A DNA stretch of 64,000 bases from a bacterium (GTDB lineage: Bacteria > Armatimonadota > Zipacnadia > Zipacnadales > Zipacnadaceae), in contig JAUVXR010000001.1 in the NCBI GenBank assembly GCA_030603495.1, positions 202,474-266,473 of the forward strand. The letters run 5' to 3'. Shown here one piece after another: positions 13,201-21,444 of this stretch. The translations under genes and the position numbers were made by a program. The notes under the pieces were generated by a model. That model worked only from the letters and a program-made list of their open reading frames with translations. It made no database searches and had not been told where the DNA came from. Every line of letters begins with the position of its first letter. Position 1 is the stretch's first letter.

Positions 13201-13590
13201 GCGGTCCCGGGCAACCTGCTGGCGCATCTCGGTGAGAAGCTGCGGCTCGGGCGAGAGGCCCACCCGGTAGCTGGACTCGCGCAGCAGACGCGCGGCGAAG
13301 CTGTGGAAAGTATGCACCCATAGATCGCCGATCGCAGCAATGCCGTTGAGCCGCAGCAGCCGCTTGATGCGCATCTTCATCTCGGCGGCGGCGTTGTTGG
13401 TGAAAGTTAGCGTCAGTATGCGCTCAGGCGCGGTAACTTGCCCGCTGACGACCAGCCAGGCAAAGCGGTGGGCCAGCACGAAGGTCTTGCCCGACCCAGC
13501 ACCAGCCACGACCTTTAGAGGAATGTCAAGGCGCGGCTCCTCGATAATGGCCTTCTGTTCTTCACTTGGCTGCTGTTCGTACTGCATCAT
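10207..13590 (-). CDS. UvrD/SF1A helicase fused to PD-(D/E)xK nuclease; AdnB/AddA-like subunit
   Basis: Motif I VAGAGSGKT, Ia LTFTNNAA, II LVDEFQDT, III VGDQKQSIYGWR, V MTIHCAKGLGF, VI EERLWYVALTRA. Nuclease GKVD..ADFKT and QMFIY; Cys in CPRR plus CxxC-x5-C. ATG 13590 overlaps the upstream TGA. Confidence 0.92.
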   Translation of the reverse strand: MMQYEQQPSEEQKAIIEEPRLDIPLKVVAGAGSGKTFVLAHRFAWLVVSGQVTAPERILTLTFTNNAAAEMKMRIKRLLRLNGIAAIGDLWVHTFHSFAARLLRESSYRVGLSPEPQLLTEMRQQVARDRLAEGIFAGDYAQLTALRTDRLAQLGLATPDQLRDVLVRLISYAKSYGLEPDEFRQQAQELSDRFWEAMLSPEDAWGLADTDDIPNVAGERFRAGLPGVQLRSVSEAKRNHVNDFKKLYYRDLVRYERRPDVTGSFERAQETERAIIAAAAAAYEIYQQQLAEADSIDFDDQIMMAQRLLTERSDLRERYSRKFEYILVDEFQDTSPAQMAMLQALAQPMRLQVQGDGKLREISSYHRLMVVGDQKQSIYGWRDAKPGNLDKLLPFQLGDNVGASEICRPLSTTYRMDERLTEVANRAALRTRPDDPALVSPKPEPGTIIKVAPFTAQEGEEMRHTHRHEAAYIAEKIQCLVGEQGQFEYGDICVLMRKRHGFRYLKSALEERRIPYQAQGGIGFFDHPLACDLLALMRVVNDPCDDNSLVRLLSRPPLCLNDRQLFLLVSIPCGREPGIATGMSLLPSQGSASDEEAEAATKMRRRPKDRAIISAVAELAEGRDDWRASAERDELPIDRLRELYGLIQRLRRASLMYPARTVFEMMLGSISESGMTPAERAAAVAVKATFEAIIGELGGEGGQADLASLVQAVDLYEAESGLALSAPDLPAQNAVQVMTIHCAKGLGFPAVFVMAWDPTRNPSPGCAYDDTWGLASLNVDGEASAKTIVRKLFSGSEEEMQEEERLWYVALTRAKHLLCVTYAAGTKKDAQIPWGEDLVGAIEESGDELAKLVTLGPGPAQAAPLLPTLLPPRVERPHQPAVIHTSFSALRDVLVCPRRWWITQKWRPERVLEETGPTTEIAIGTCFHQYVAAYYRQGCPPNDDYIRELGETALAEAGADDLDRLRKLIEAFSASPWAQLVVPGHEVERPVHLVRRVGELTVAVSGKVDLVLAEQGQFADFKTNRHLGGAEIEDYALQMFIYQHALAAESEPGRDWQPVLVHVRGDGLEDVPLEEALLARQADQLDRALAVLVALESSRQWPETSEAAPCASCEWTALCQHEADDSD

Positions 13591-16500
13591 CCGCTGGGGT
13601 CGGCCTCCGTGCAGATCAGCACGTACGGGCAAGCACCAATTCGCGGGGTGCAGCCCTCCCTGGGCGGATGCCCCTCGAACCCAGGACACTGCTTGATTTC
13701 CCGCGCTTTGTCAGCCAGAAAGCCAGCGATCTGCTGTAACTCGCCGGCGCTGAAGTTCTCATCCTTAGGCTCGGCATCGTCGGCAACTAGCTCTATGCAG
13801 GAACGCTTACAGGGTGGGCTGATATCTGGCTTCAGACTCTGGAGACATACTCGCACCACCGGGCGACCGTCAATCATTGCCCAGGCCAGCGCGTAGATCG
13901 GGAGTTGATAGTCTTTGCGGAATGGCTCCTTGGCCTTGTCAGTTTCACGGTAGCAGAAGCTACGGCGCAGCGCGGCCGGTGCCTCGACTTTGCCGCTCTT
14001 GTAGTCAATCACCTCAACAGCATCACCTACGCCCACCACCTGATCAATACGACCTCGGAATCGATGAACCTGTCCACTGTCGTCAGTCAGCTCGATGTCA
14101 AACCACTGCTCGCTGGCAAGCGACTCTTCCCGGAAGAACTCAGTTCCAGCATAGACTTCCAGGGCCCGGCGGGCCCGCCCGTAGTGGACGCGGCGCGAAT
14201 AGTCAGACTGGAACTCCTGCGCGTACTGGGCGAACTTCTCGCCGAGCAGCTCAACGGCCCGTTCGGCAGTTCGCTCAGCTCCGGGGAGCTGGTTAAGCTC
14301 AGCCATAACTGCGTGAAGGACTCCACCGTAAACCATTGCCTCGGACTCCTCACCAGCCAGTCCCATGAGCTTCTCGAAGAAGAATCGCCGTGGACAGTGT
14401 AAGTAGGTATTAATGGAACTCGCGCTCAGCGGCCAGTCGGGCGCCAGCTCGGCCAGAATCGGCTCTTGGCTGATTGCTGGGCACACCAGACGGTCCTCTT
14501 CGGACTCGGTAGTATCCCCCGCCGGCAGTGGACGGCGGGCACAGGGGGTAACCGGACAACCCTCGTGGCTGGCACGCCCACCTGGCTTCTGTTCCACTAA
14601 CCCCCAAAAGACGCACTCAAAGCCCGCCCGGCCCTGTTCTTCAGCCAGTCCCAGAGCGAAGTCCTCGGGCAACGCTGAGATCAGGAACTCTGACGGACCG
14701 ACCTCGCCGCCCTCGTCCTCGACGTGGCAACTAAGAATAAGCCGGTGACGAGCGCGGCTGATAGCTGTGTGGAACAGCCGGGCCTCCTCGGCGAGCGCCT
14801 CGCTGGCCGCTTCGCCGAAGCCTGCGAACGTCAGCGTAGCGGTGGGTATACCCAGATGCGCCCGGGCCCGCTCGCGTAGTGCCCGGACCGTCTCCTGAGG
14901 CAGCAGCCGCGAGACAACCAGCGGCGCCGGGAAAAGACCCTCGCTCAGCCCAAGCAGATAGACGACGTCAAACTCCAGGCCACGCGCATCGTGGGCAATC
15001 ACGACCCGCACCCCCCTGCTGTCTCCAGGCACTGGCGGGACCGCATTCATCTCCACAACGCCACGGGTCTGCGCCAGGGACAGGCCTTTTCCCGTCACCT
15101 CCACCAAGGCCTCCTGGGTATTCGCCAAGCTGTTGAGCAAATAGAGCAACCCAGCCACGGCTGAAGGCGCATTCTCAGCCATCTGGCCCCAGAGACCGGT
15201 CTCGCGCAGCACCAGCCTTATTGCATCAACCGGCTTGTCTGCGGCGATTGCCTGAGCCTCTCGCACCACCTCCACCCAAAGATTCAAGGGGCCGACAGAG
15301 CATTCGACATCCTGAAGCAGCATGGACCGACGGGCGCGTTGGCCGTGCCGATACACTTCGGCAATGGCCAGCTCATCAGCACCAGCGAGGCTGGCCAGCC
15401 GGCACAGCGCCAGGTTGGCCCGCTCCGTTTCTTGCTCACGGACTGCCACAGGATAGGTGTCCTGCTCCTGGGCGCAGACCAGCAGATCAATGACGTCGCC
15501 AGCCAAACTGCGGGCGGCCCAGTTGCCTTCGGCCACCTCCTGTCCGGCCACGGGAATTTCGCGCAGGGCCAGATGCTCACGGGCCGCCTCCGCCTGGCGG
15601 TGATTGCGTACGATGACGGCAATCTCATCCGCCGCACAATCGCCTTCGTCGAGGAGCTCGATGATCTCGTCCCCCACGCCGACCAGCTCCTCACTGAACG
15701 TCCGATAGACCCGGACAGCGACCTGGCCAGGGCTATGACCCTCCGCGAGCGGAGCACTCAGCGCCCAATCCTGGGTAAACTGGCGGGCGACGTGGGCCAA
15801 CTCCGGGGCCATCCGACCTCGTTGATCCACCGACAACTGCGTGCGAGTTAGCTCGCGGTCGGGCAGCAGCGATTCCAACAACACTGCCGGGTCCTCCACA
15901 GCCCCGCGAAAGCGGTATATCGCCTGCGCCGGTTCGTAAGCACCGGCCATGCGCGTGCCTGGACCACACAGCGCGGCCAGTAGCTCTATCTGGAGGCAAG
16001 TCGCGTCCTGGAGGTCATCAGCGATGATCAGATCGTAGCGCTGGTGCCAGCGTGCGGCCAACCCCTGGTCTGTCAGCGCCAGCAGCGCCAGCCAGACGAT
16101 GCCGCGCAAATCGTAAACCTGCGCCTGGCGCAACCACTCCTGGTAGCGCTCGTAGATATCAGCCAGGTCGCCCAGAGCAGGCGCGTGGGACAAGCCCGGG
16201 ATGACCTTCTCCCGGAAGGTCTTTGTGTCTATCTTGCAGCGCTTGAGCTCCGCAATGAAGTCGGCGACATCATCACGGAAGCGAGGGCTACGGCGCACCT
16301 GCTCGGCCTGGTAGTAGCGTGCGCCTGACGTTGTCTCCCGAATGACCTCGCCGACCAGCAGCCGCTCGGGCAGCGGGCCGATCACACCACGGCCTGGGTG
16401 GCCCACGTTCTCCTGCAGAATCCGCTGGGCCAAATCCTCGTACGTTTCAACGACCGGAATTACTGTTCGGCCCGCACTGACACTGCGCTGAGCGAAATAG

Positions 16501-16664
16501 TCCCTCTGGCGCTGCTGGGCCGCTCGGTCCAGCGCGAGCCATAGGACCCGCGCCGGCGCAAGGCCACCTGTCTCGATAGCCTCCGCCACAATCCGCGCCA
16601 GGTACGTGGTCTTACCCGAGCCGGGGCCCGCTTTGATTAGTTCAGTCGTCGGCTCAACAGCCAT
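13587..16664 (-). CDS. Degenerate UvrD-like helicase fused to PD-(D/E)xK nuclease; AdnA/AddB-like subunit
   Basis: AGPGSGKT intact but motif II is IADDLQD. AIYRFRGA, HDARGLEF, EEARLFHTAISRA. Nuclease GRID..IDYKSG and QLPIY; Cys in CPRR plus a C-terminal C-x6-C-x5-C. Confidence 0.88.
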   Translation of the reverse strand: MAVEPTTELIKAGPGSGKTTYLARIVAEAIETGGLAPARVLWLALDRAAQQRQRDYFAQRSVSAGRTVIPVVETYEDLAQRILQENVGHPGRGVIGPLPERLLVGEVIRETTSGARYYQAEQVRRSPRFRDDVADFIAELKRCKIDTKTFREKVIPGLSHAPALGDLADIYERYQEWLRQAQVYDLRGIVWLALLALTDQGLAARWHQRYDLIIADDLQDATCLQIELLAALCGPGTRMAGAYEPAQAIYRFRGAVEDPAVLLESLLPDRELTRTQLSVDQRGRMAPELAHVARQFTQDWALSAPLAEGHSPGQVAVRVYRTFSEELVGVGDEIIELLDEGDCAADEIAVIVRNHRQAEAAREHLALREIPVAGQEVAEGNWAARSLAGDVIDLLVCAQEQDTYPVAVREQETERANLALCRLASLAGADELAIAEVYRHGQRARRSMLLQDVECSVGPLNLWVEVVREAQAIAADKPVDAIRLVLRETGLWGQMAENAPSAVAGLLYLLNSLANTQEALVEVTGKGLSLAQTRGVVEMNAVPPVPGDSRGVRVVIAHDARGLEFDVVYLLGLSEGLFPAPLVVSRLLPQETVRALRERARAHLGIPTATLTFAGFGEAASEALAEEARLFHTAISRARHRLILSCHVEDEGGEVGPSEFLISALPEDFALGLAEEQGRAGFECVFWGLVEQKPGGRASHEGCPVTPCARRPLPAGDTTESEEDRLVCPAISQEPILAELAPDWPLSASSINTYLHCPRRFFFEKLMGLAGEESEAMVYGGVLHAVMAELNQLPGAERTAERAVELLGEKFAQYAQEFQSDYSRRVHYGRARRALEVYAGTEFFREESLASEQWFDIELTDDSGQVHRFRGRIDQVVGVGDAVEVIDYKSGKVEAPAALRRSFCYRETDKAKEPFRKDYQLPIYALAWAMIDGRPVVRVCLQSLKPDISPPCKRSCIELVADDAEPKDENFSAGELQQIAGFLADKAREIKQCPGFEGHPPREGCTPRIGACPYVLICTEADPSG

Positions 16665-16722
16665 ATTGGCGTGCCGTCACCTGCTATCAGTCGGTTGCTG
16701 ATTACCACGACCGTCGCTGCGT

Positions 16723-16760
16723 GCCGGCTTCACTGCGTTCAACCGGCCCCTCCGAACTAC
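16723..16760 (-). repeat. Truncated REP-like repeat downstream of the RAYT gene
   Basis: Minus strand GTAGTTCGGAGGGGCCGGTTGAACGCAGTGAAGCCGGC. Shares the 24-nt GCCGG-loop-CCGGC hairpin with the copies at 17236 and 17345. The TAG of GTAG is the RAYT stop codon. Confidence 0.8.
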
Positions 16761-17221
16761 GGCCAGCTTACCAGTACTGACCACGGCCAATCTTCCCAAC
16801 GTTGGCATAGACCCTCACGCACAGGATTGTCCAAGACATACTGTATCATAGCCCGCACGTTTTCCTCCTCACGCGCATGCCTATCCCAATAACTACGCTG
16901 CCAGGCGAAATGAGCATGTCCCAAACGATGAGCTTGGCGGCTGATTTCACTTTTCAACGTGGCAATAAACGGTTGAAAACCGCTATCTCTACTATCCATC
17001 GAGCACACAACGTGCATATGGTCTGGCATCACACAATACGCATGCAAGGAGAGCCTGAAACGAACGGCCCGCTCGTGCAGCACTCTTACGACCATTGGCG
17101 CCAGGTCAGGAACAAGTAAGCTCTGCCCCTTTTTCGCGGCAATAGTGACAAAGACTGGTGAGCGATCAGTCCTGTAAACTGCCTCAGGTAGTCTAAATGG
17201 ATGTCTTCGGTTAGGTAGCAT
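16757..17221 (-). mobile_element. REP-associated tyrosine transposase (RAYT/TnpA_REP, Y1 HUH family)
   Basis: N-terminal RRHPFRL, VFVTI, HUH motif AYCVMPDHMH, WQRSYWDR, catalytic-Tyr helix YVLDNPVREGL and WPWS. Flanked by palindromic repeats. Probable start ATG 17221 (ORF track 17254). Confidence 0.88.
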
Positions 17222-17235
17222 GCACATGGCACAGA

Positions 17236-17324
17236 CCGGCTTCACTACGTTCAACCGGCGCCTCCCGGAGGGGCCTGTCGAGCAGACCGAGTAGCACGAG
17301 GTCTGCGAGGCTGGCCCGCCCTAC
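17236..17324 (-). repeat. Composite REP/BIME-like unit 1 (three hairpins, GTAG foot)
   Basis: Minus strand GTAGGGCGGGCC... with stem GCAGACC/GGTCTGC, then a CCCTCC-GGAGG hairpin, then the GCCGG-TTGAACGTAGTGAAG-CCGG hairpin. Confidence 0.8.
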
Positions 17325-17344
17325 CACAAGCCCTAGAGCACGGG

Positions 17345-17420
17345 CCGGCTTCACTGCGTTCAACCGGCCCCTCCCGGAGGGGTCTGTCGAGTGGGCCGAC
17401 TATCACGAGGCCCGCCCTAC
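17345..17420 (-). repeat. Composite REP/BIME-like unit 2 (three hairpins, GTAG foot)
   Basis: Minus strand GTAG-GGCGGGCC-TCGTGATAGTC-GGCCCAC, then CCCCTCCGGGAGGGG, then GCCGGTTGAACGCAGTGAAGCCGGC. Direct repeat of unit 1. Confidence 0.8.
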
Positions 17421-17534
17421 GTAACTTCTCTGCCCATCTCTCCACTCCTGCCCCGGGAGAGGTGAAGGACTCGTGATCATTTCGGCGAAAATACGCTCAC
17501 CCCCAGCAACCACTGTTGATCAGAGGGAGACACT

Positions 17535-18908
17535 ATGAACAGTTCGGACATAAGTATAAAGCAAATCGAGGTGGCCTTCGAGCCGTTCATCGCCCGCACG
17601 CCGCTCAAGTTTGGTGCCGTTGTTATGGACGCGCTACACTTCTGCCGGGTCAAAGCGACTGTCGAGAACGAGGATGGGCAGGTCGCGGACGGTTGGGGCG
17701 GGATATTCGTGGCTGATTTCTGGGCCTGGCCTACCTTTGAACTCACCCACGAGCAGAAGCAGGCAGCCATGACGGATGTGATACAGCGCTATGCCGACAT
17801 GGTGACTGCATACCCCGGGCCGGCACATCCGATTGATATCTTCCTGGACCTGGAAGAAGACCTGCGCGCGATGAATGAACAAGTCTGCGCGGAGCACGAG
17901 CTGATGCCCGCACAACCGTTCCTGGGCGGGCTGGTCTGTGCCTCGCCGATAGACGCGGCGCTTCACGACGCCTTCGGCAATGTTAATGGCATTGACTGCT
18001 ACGACGGCTACGGCCCGGAGTTTATGAGCGACCTGAGCAAGTACCTTGGTCCTGAGTTCCGGGGCAGGTATATCCCGGACTACATCCGCAGCGAGTACAT
18101 GCCCGAGGTGCCGATCTTCCACCTGGTCGGCGGACTGGACAAGCTCACCGAAGCGGAGAAGGATGACTCCGATCCCGACGACGGCAAGCCGGTCAGCCTG
18201 GATGAGTGGATCCGCGCTGAGGGCATGTACTGCCTGAAGGTGAAGCTGCGCGGTAACGACCTCGACTGGGACGTAGACCGTACGCTGGCCGTGTACAGGA
18301 TCGGGCGCGAAGAGTTGCCCAAGCTTGATATCGAAGAGATGCACTTGACCGCCGACACCAACGAGCAGTGCGAAACCCCGGAATACATCATCGAGATGCT
18401 CCACAGGATAAGGGAGCAATCGGAAGATTGCTTCGAGCGGATTCTGTACATCGAGCAGCCCACCGAGCGCGAGCTGACCGCGCACCGCCACGACATGCGC
18501 GAGTTGTCCCAGCTCAAGCCGGTGATCGTGGACGAGAGCCTCACCGACCTGGAGAGTTTCGAGCTGGCGATGGAGCTAGGCTGGTCGGGCGTAGCGCTCA
18601 AGACCTGCAAAGGCCACTCGTCCAATATGATCTTCGCCGCGAAAGCCCGGGAGTTAGGCATCCCCTATGCGCTCCAGGACCTGACCAACCCCAGTCTGTC
18701 GCTGATCCACTCGGTGGGCATGGGCGCACGCCTGTACACGATAATGGGCGTGGAGGCCAACAGCCGGCAGTTCTTCCCCGATGCCACCACCGAAGCCGAG
18801 CAGCGGGTACATTCCGACATCTTCAACGTCCGCCGAGGCGTGGCGGATACCGCCAGCCTGCAGGGCACCGGCCTGGGCTACCAGATGGACAAGTTGCTGG
18901 GCTCCTAG
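17535..18908 (+). CDS. Mandelate racemase/muconate lactonizing enzyme (enolase superfamily) protein
   Basis: KxK motif LKVKLRG, metal ligands ADTNE, YIEQP and VDES, ALKTCKG. Confidence 0.8.
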   Translation: MNSSDISIKQIEVAFEPFIARTPLKFGAVVMDALHFCRVKATVENEDGQVADGWGGIFVADFWAWPTFELTHEQKQAAMTDVIQRYADMVTAYPGPAHPIDIFLDLEEDLRAMNEQVCAEHELMPAQPFLGGLVCASPIDAALHDAFGNVNGIDCYDGYGPEFMSDLSKYLGPEFRGRYIPDYIRSEYMPEVPIFHLVGGLDKLTEAEKDDSDPDDGKPVSLDEWIRAEGMYCLKVKLRGNDLDWDVDRTLAVYRIGREELPKLDIEEMHLTADTNEQCETPEYIIEMLHRIREQSEDCFERILYIEQPTERELTAHRHDMRELSQLKPVIVDESLTDLESFELAMELGWSGVALKTCKGHSSNMIFAAKARELGIPYALQDLTNPSLSLIHSVGMGARLYTIMGVEANSRQFFPDATTEAEQRVHSDIFNVRRGVADTASLQGTGLGYQMDKLLGS

Positions 18909-19013
18909 CCGGACGATCTCCGGTCCTACTCCGCGGGTGACTTGCCAGGATAGTCCGACTTACGGTATCATTTGGAATGTATCCACTGGTAACGAAAGAG
19001 GTATCCCACAGGA

Positions 19014-20003
19014 ATGGCTGTCATCGAGTTTCTCGTCCTGCTGTTGATAATAGCGGGCGCTGCGATATTGCTCAGCCTCGGCGCAGAGATACTGGCCGAG
19101 CGCTACGGTGCCAACTTCACGGGCAGCATCGTCCTGGGCCTGATTACCACTATGCCCGAGTATATGTTCGTCATTTGGGCCGTGATTAAGGGCCAATACC
19201 ACATGGCTGTCGGGTCGGCGGTGGGGGCGTGCGTGATCCTGGTCACCCTTGGCTACGGTCTGGTGCTTATCGTCGCCACCACTCGGCTGAGCCGCAAACC
19301 AGTGCGGGTGGTTGAACTTTCGCGCACGACTGCCATTGACGCCTGGTATCTGGGCGGCACAGCCATCGTCGCCCTTCTGCTGGCCTGGGAGGGTAACGGG
19401 CTAGACATCAAAGACGGTATTATCCTTATGCTGCTGTTCGGCGGGTATATGTACCAGTTGGCACGTCACGCACGCGAATTCTCAAAAACGGTAGAGACCG
19501 CGCCCCCCCGTCAGCAGATGGTCAAAGCGGCCCTGTTCCTCTTGGCCGGTGCTGTAATCATATTTCTCCTGACCGAGCGATTCGTGGACTCAATGCTGGA
19601 GATAGCCCACCTGGCCGGGATAAGCCCGTTTGCGGTGGCCCTCATCCTGAGCCCCCTGGCCTCCGAGATGCCCGAGAAGCTAACGGCCTACTTCACCGTT
19701 CACCGGGACGGAAAACTAGCGGAGATCTCGGTGTGCAATTTCCTGGGCTCCAAGGTCAATCACAACAGCCTGCTGCTGGCGATGCTGCCCTTTGTGGCGT
19801 ACCGATGGCACGGGATGACTAATGTGCCCAACATTATCACGATTCCCTTTATACTAATGACAGTGATTACTTTCTTTGCCGTGGCCAACCTGGCGCGGCG
19901 GCGGCTGACCTTCAAACACGGGGTGATGTTCGCCACCGCATATCTGCTACTAATTGGGGCTGCGTACTTTGTGGCGGATCCCACTATGTTTCCCGGCCAC
20001 TGA
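19014..20003 (+). CDS. Cation/Ca2+ exchanger (Na_Ca_ex family)
   Basis: About 10 hydrophobic helices with two alpha-repeats (LGLITTMPE; SPLASEMPE...NFLGS). Confidence 0.82.
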   Translation: MAVIEFLVLLLIIAGAAILLSLGAEILAERYGANFTGSIVLGLITTMPEYMFVIWAVIKGQYHMAVGSAVGACVILVTLGYGLVLIVATTRLSRKPVRVVELSRTTAIDAWYLGGTAIVALLLAWEGNGLDIKDGIILMLLFGGYMYQLARHAREFSKTVETAPPRQQMVKAALFLLAGAVIIFLLTERFVDSMLEIAHLAGISPFAVALILSPLASEMPEKLTAYFTVHRDGKLAEISVCNFLGSKVNHNSLLLAMLPFVAYRWHGMTNVPNIITIPFILMTVITFFAVANLARRRLTFKHGVMFATAYLLLIGAAYFVADPTMFPGH

Positions 20004-20051
20004 GGAGCGGGCACATTTTCTTGCTGTAGTTGAATGGAGGGGAGCAATACC

Positions 20052-21338
20052 GTGCTCGATCGAAGGATAATTCGGGAAGAACCACAGAAAGTGCGCGAAG
20101 CGCTAGACAAGCGCGGCTGCGACTTCGATCTTGATGCCCTGATCGAGCTGGAGGCACGGCGGCGCGATCTGCTTCAGGCCGTTGAAGCGCAGAGGGCCCA
20201 AAGGAACCAGATCTCGGAGCAGGTCGCACAGACCGTGCGGGAGGGCGGCGATGCTGAGCCGCTTAAGCAGCGCTCCATCGAGATAGGCCGGCAGCTTGCC
20301 GCCAACGAGCAGGAGCTGGCGGAGGTCGAGGGACGTTTCGACCAAATGATGGCCGAGCTGCCCAATATCCCCCTGGATGAGGTGCCGGTCGGCGAGTCTG
20401 AGCAGGACAACGTGGTGATGTACGAGGTGGGCGAGCCGCCGAAGTTTGATTATACTCCCCGGCCCCATTGGGAAATCGGCGAGCAGCTCGGCATCCTGGA
20501 CTTTGACGGTGCCACGCGCATGGCCGGTGCCCGGTTCGTGACCGATGTCGGCGCGGGAGCAACGCTGGAACGAGCGCTAATCAACTTTATGCTCGACACT
20601 CACACTCGCAAACACGGCTACACCGAGGTATTTCCCCCATATCTGGCTAACGAGCGCTCTCTTTTCGGCACCGCCAACTTGCCCAAGTTCGAAGATGACC
20701 TGTTCAAGACAACCGACGGCTATTATCTGATACCCACCGCCGAGGTCCCACTGACCAACATGCACCAGGGCGAGATTCTCGAGGGCGATGATCTCCCCAT
20801 CTACTACACCGCCTACACAGCCTGCTTCCGGCGCGAGGCGGGGGCAGCAGGTAAAGATACCCGAGGGATGGTCCGGGTCCACCAGTTTCATAAAGTAGAA
20901 CTGATGAAATTCGTCAAGCCAGGGCAGAGTTCCGAGGAGCTAGAAAAGCTGGTCAAAGACGCCGAAGTGATACTGCAGGCGCTGGAGTTGCCCTACCGGC
21001 GCGTCCATCTATGCACCGGCGATATGGGCTTCCAGCCTCGCCAGACCTTTGATCTCGAAGTCTATTGCGCGGGGATGGACCGCTGGCTGGAGATTTCCTC
21101 GTGCAGCCAGTATGGCGACTTCCAGGCGCGCCGCTGCAATACCCGCTATCGCCCCCAGCCACAGGCCAAGCCCGAGTTCATTCACACTATGAACGGCTCA
21201 GGTGTAGCTGCGGGCCGCACATTGCTGGCCATCCTGGAAAACTACCAGCAGGAGGGCGGAACTGTAGTGATCCCCGAGGTATTGCGCCCCTACATGGGCG
21301 GATTGGCCGAAATCCTCCCCCGATCCCTGCTGTCGTAA
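20052..21338 (+). CDS. serS: Serine--tRNA ligase
   Basis: Coiled-coil arm, LIPTAEVP, motif 2 FRREAG..RVHQFHKVE, LEISSCS, motif 3 HTMNGSGVAAGR. GTG 20052 follows GGAGG. Confidence 0.98.
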   Translation: MLDRRIIREEPQKVREALDKRGCDFDLDALIELEARRRDLLQAVEAQRAQRNQISEQVAQTVREGGDAEPLKQRSIEIGRQLAANEQELAEVEGRFDQMMAELPNIPLDEVPVGESEQDNVVMYEVGEPPKFDYTPRPHWEIGEQLGILDFDGATRMAGARFVTDVGAGATLERALINFMLDTHTRKHGYTEVFPPYLANERSLFGTANLPKFEDDLFKTTDGYYLIPTAEVPLTNMHQGEILEGDDLPIYYTAYTACFRREAGAAGKDTRGMVRVHQFHKVELMKFVKPGQSSEELEKLVKDAEVILQALELPYRRVHLCTGDMGFQPRQTFDLEVYCAGMDRWLEISSCSQYGDFQARRCNTRYRPQPQAKPEFIHTMNGSGVAAGRTLLAILENYQQEGGTVVIPEVLRPYMGGLAEILPRSLLS

Positions 21339-21340
21339 CA

Positions 21341-21386
21341 GCGGCATCTCATCCGCCGTAGCTGTAGCGAAGGCGGATCCTGCCGC
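21341..21386. repeat. Intergenic palindrome after serS (REP-like or terminator-like hairpin)
   Basis: GCGGCA..ATCCGCC-GTAGCTGTAGCGAA-GGCGGAT..TGCCGC; no clear U-tract. Confidence 0.6.
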
Positions 21387-21444
21387 GACTTCACCAAGCC
21401 AGCGAGCAGCCTCCCACAATACCAGAGAACAGTGGACAAGACGT

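Noticed and set aside
16723-17420. Repeats as a mini CRISPR array, and the adjacent 4-Cys PD-(D/E)xK domains as Cas4
   Set aside because: Only three copies, with conserved rather than unique inter-repeat sequence and interrupted by a gene. No cas genes are present, and the nuclease domains are fused to UvrD helicases.
17251-17445. 64-aa ORF upstream of the RAYT
   Set aside because: It lies almost entirely within the palindromic repeats and has no protein-like features.
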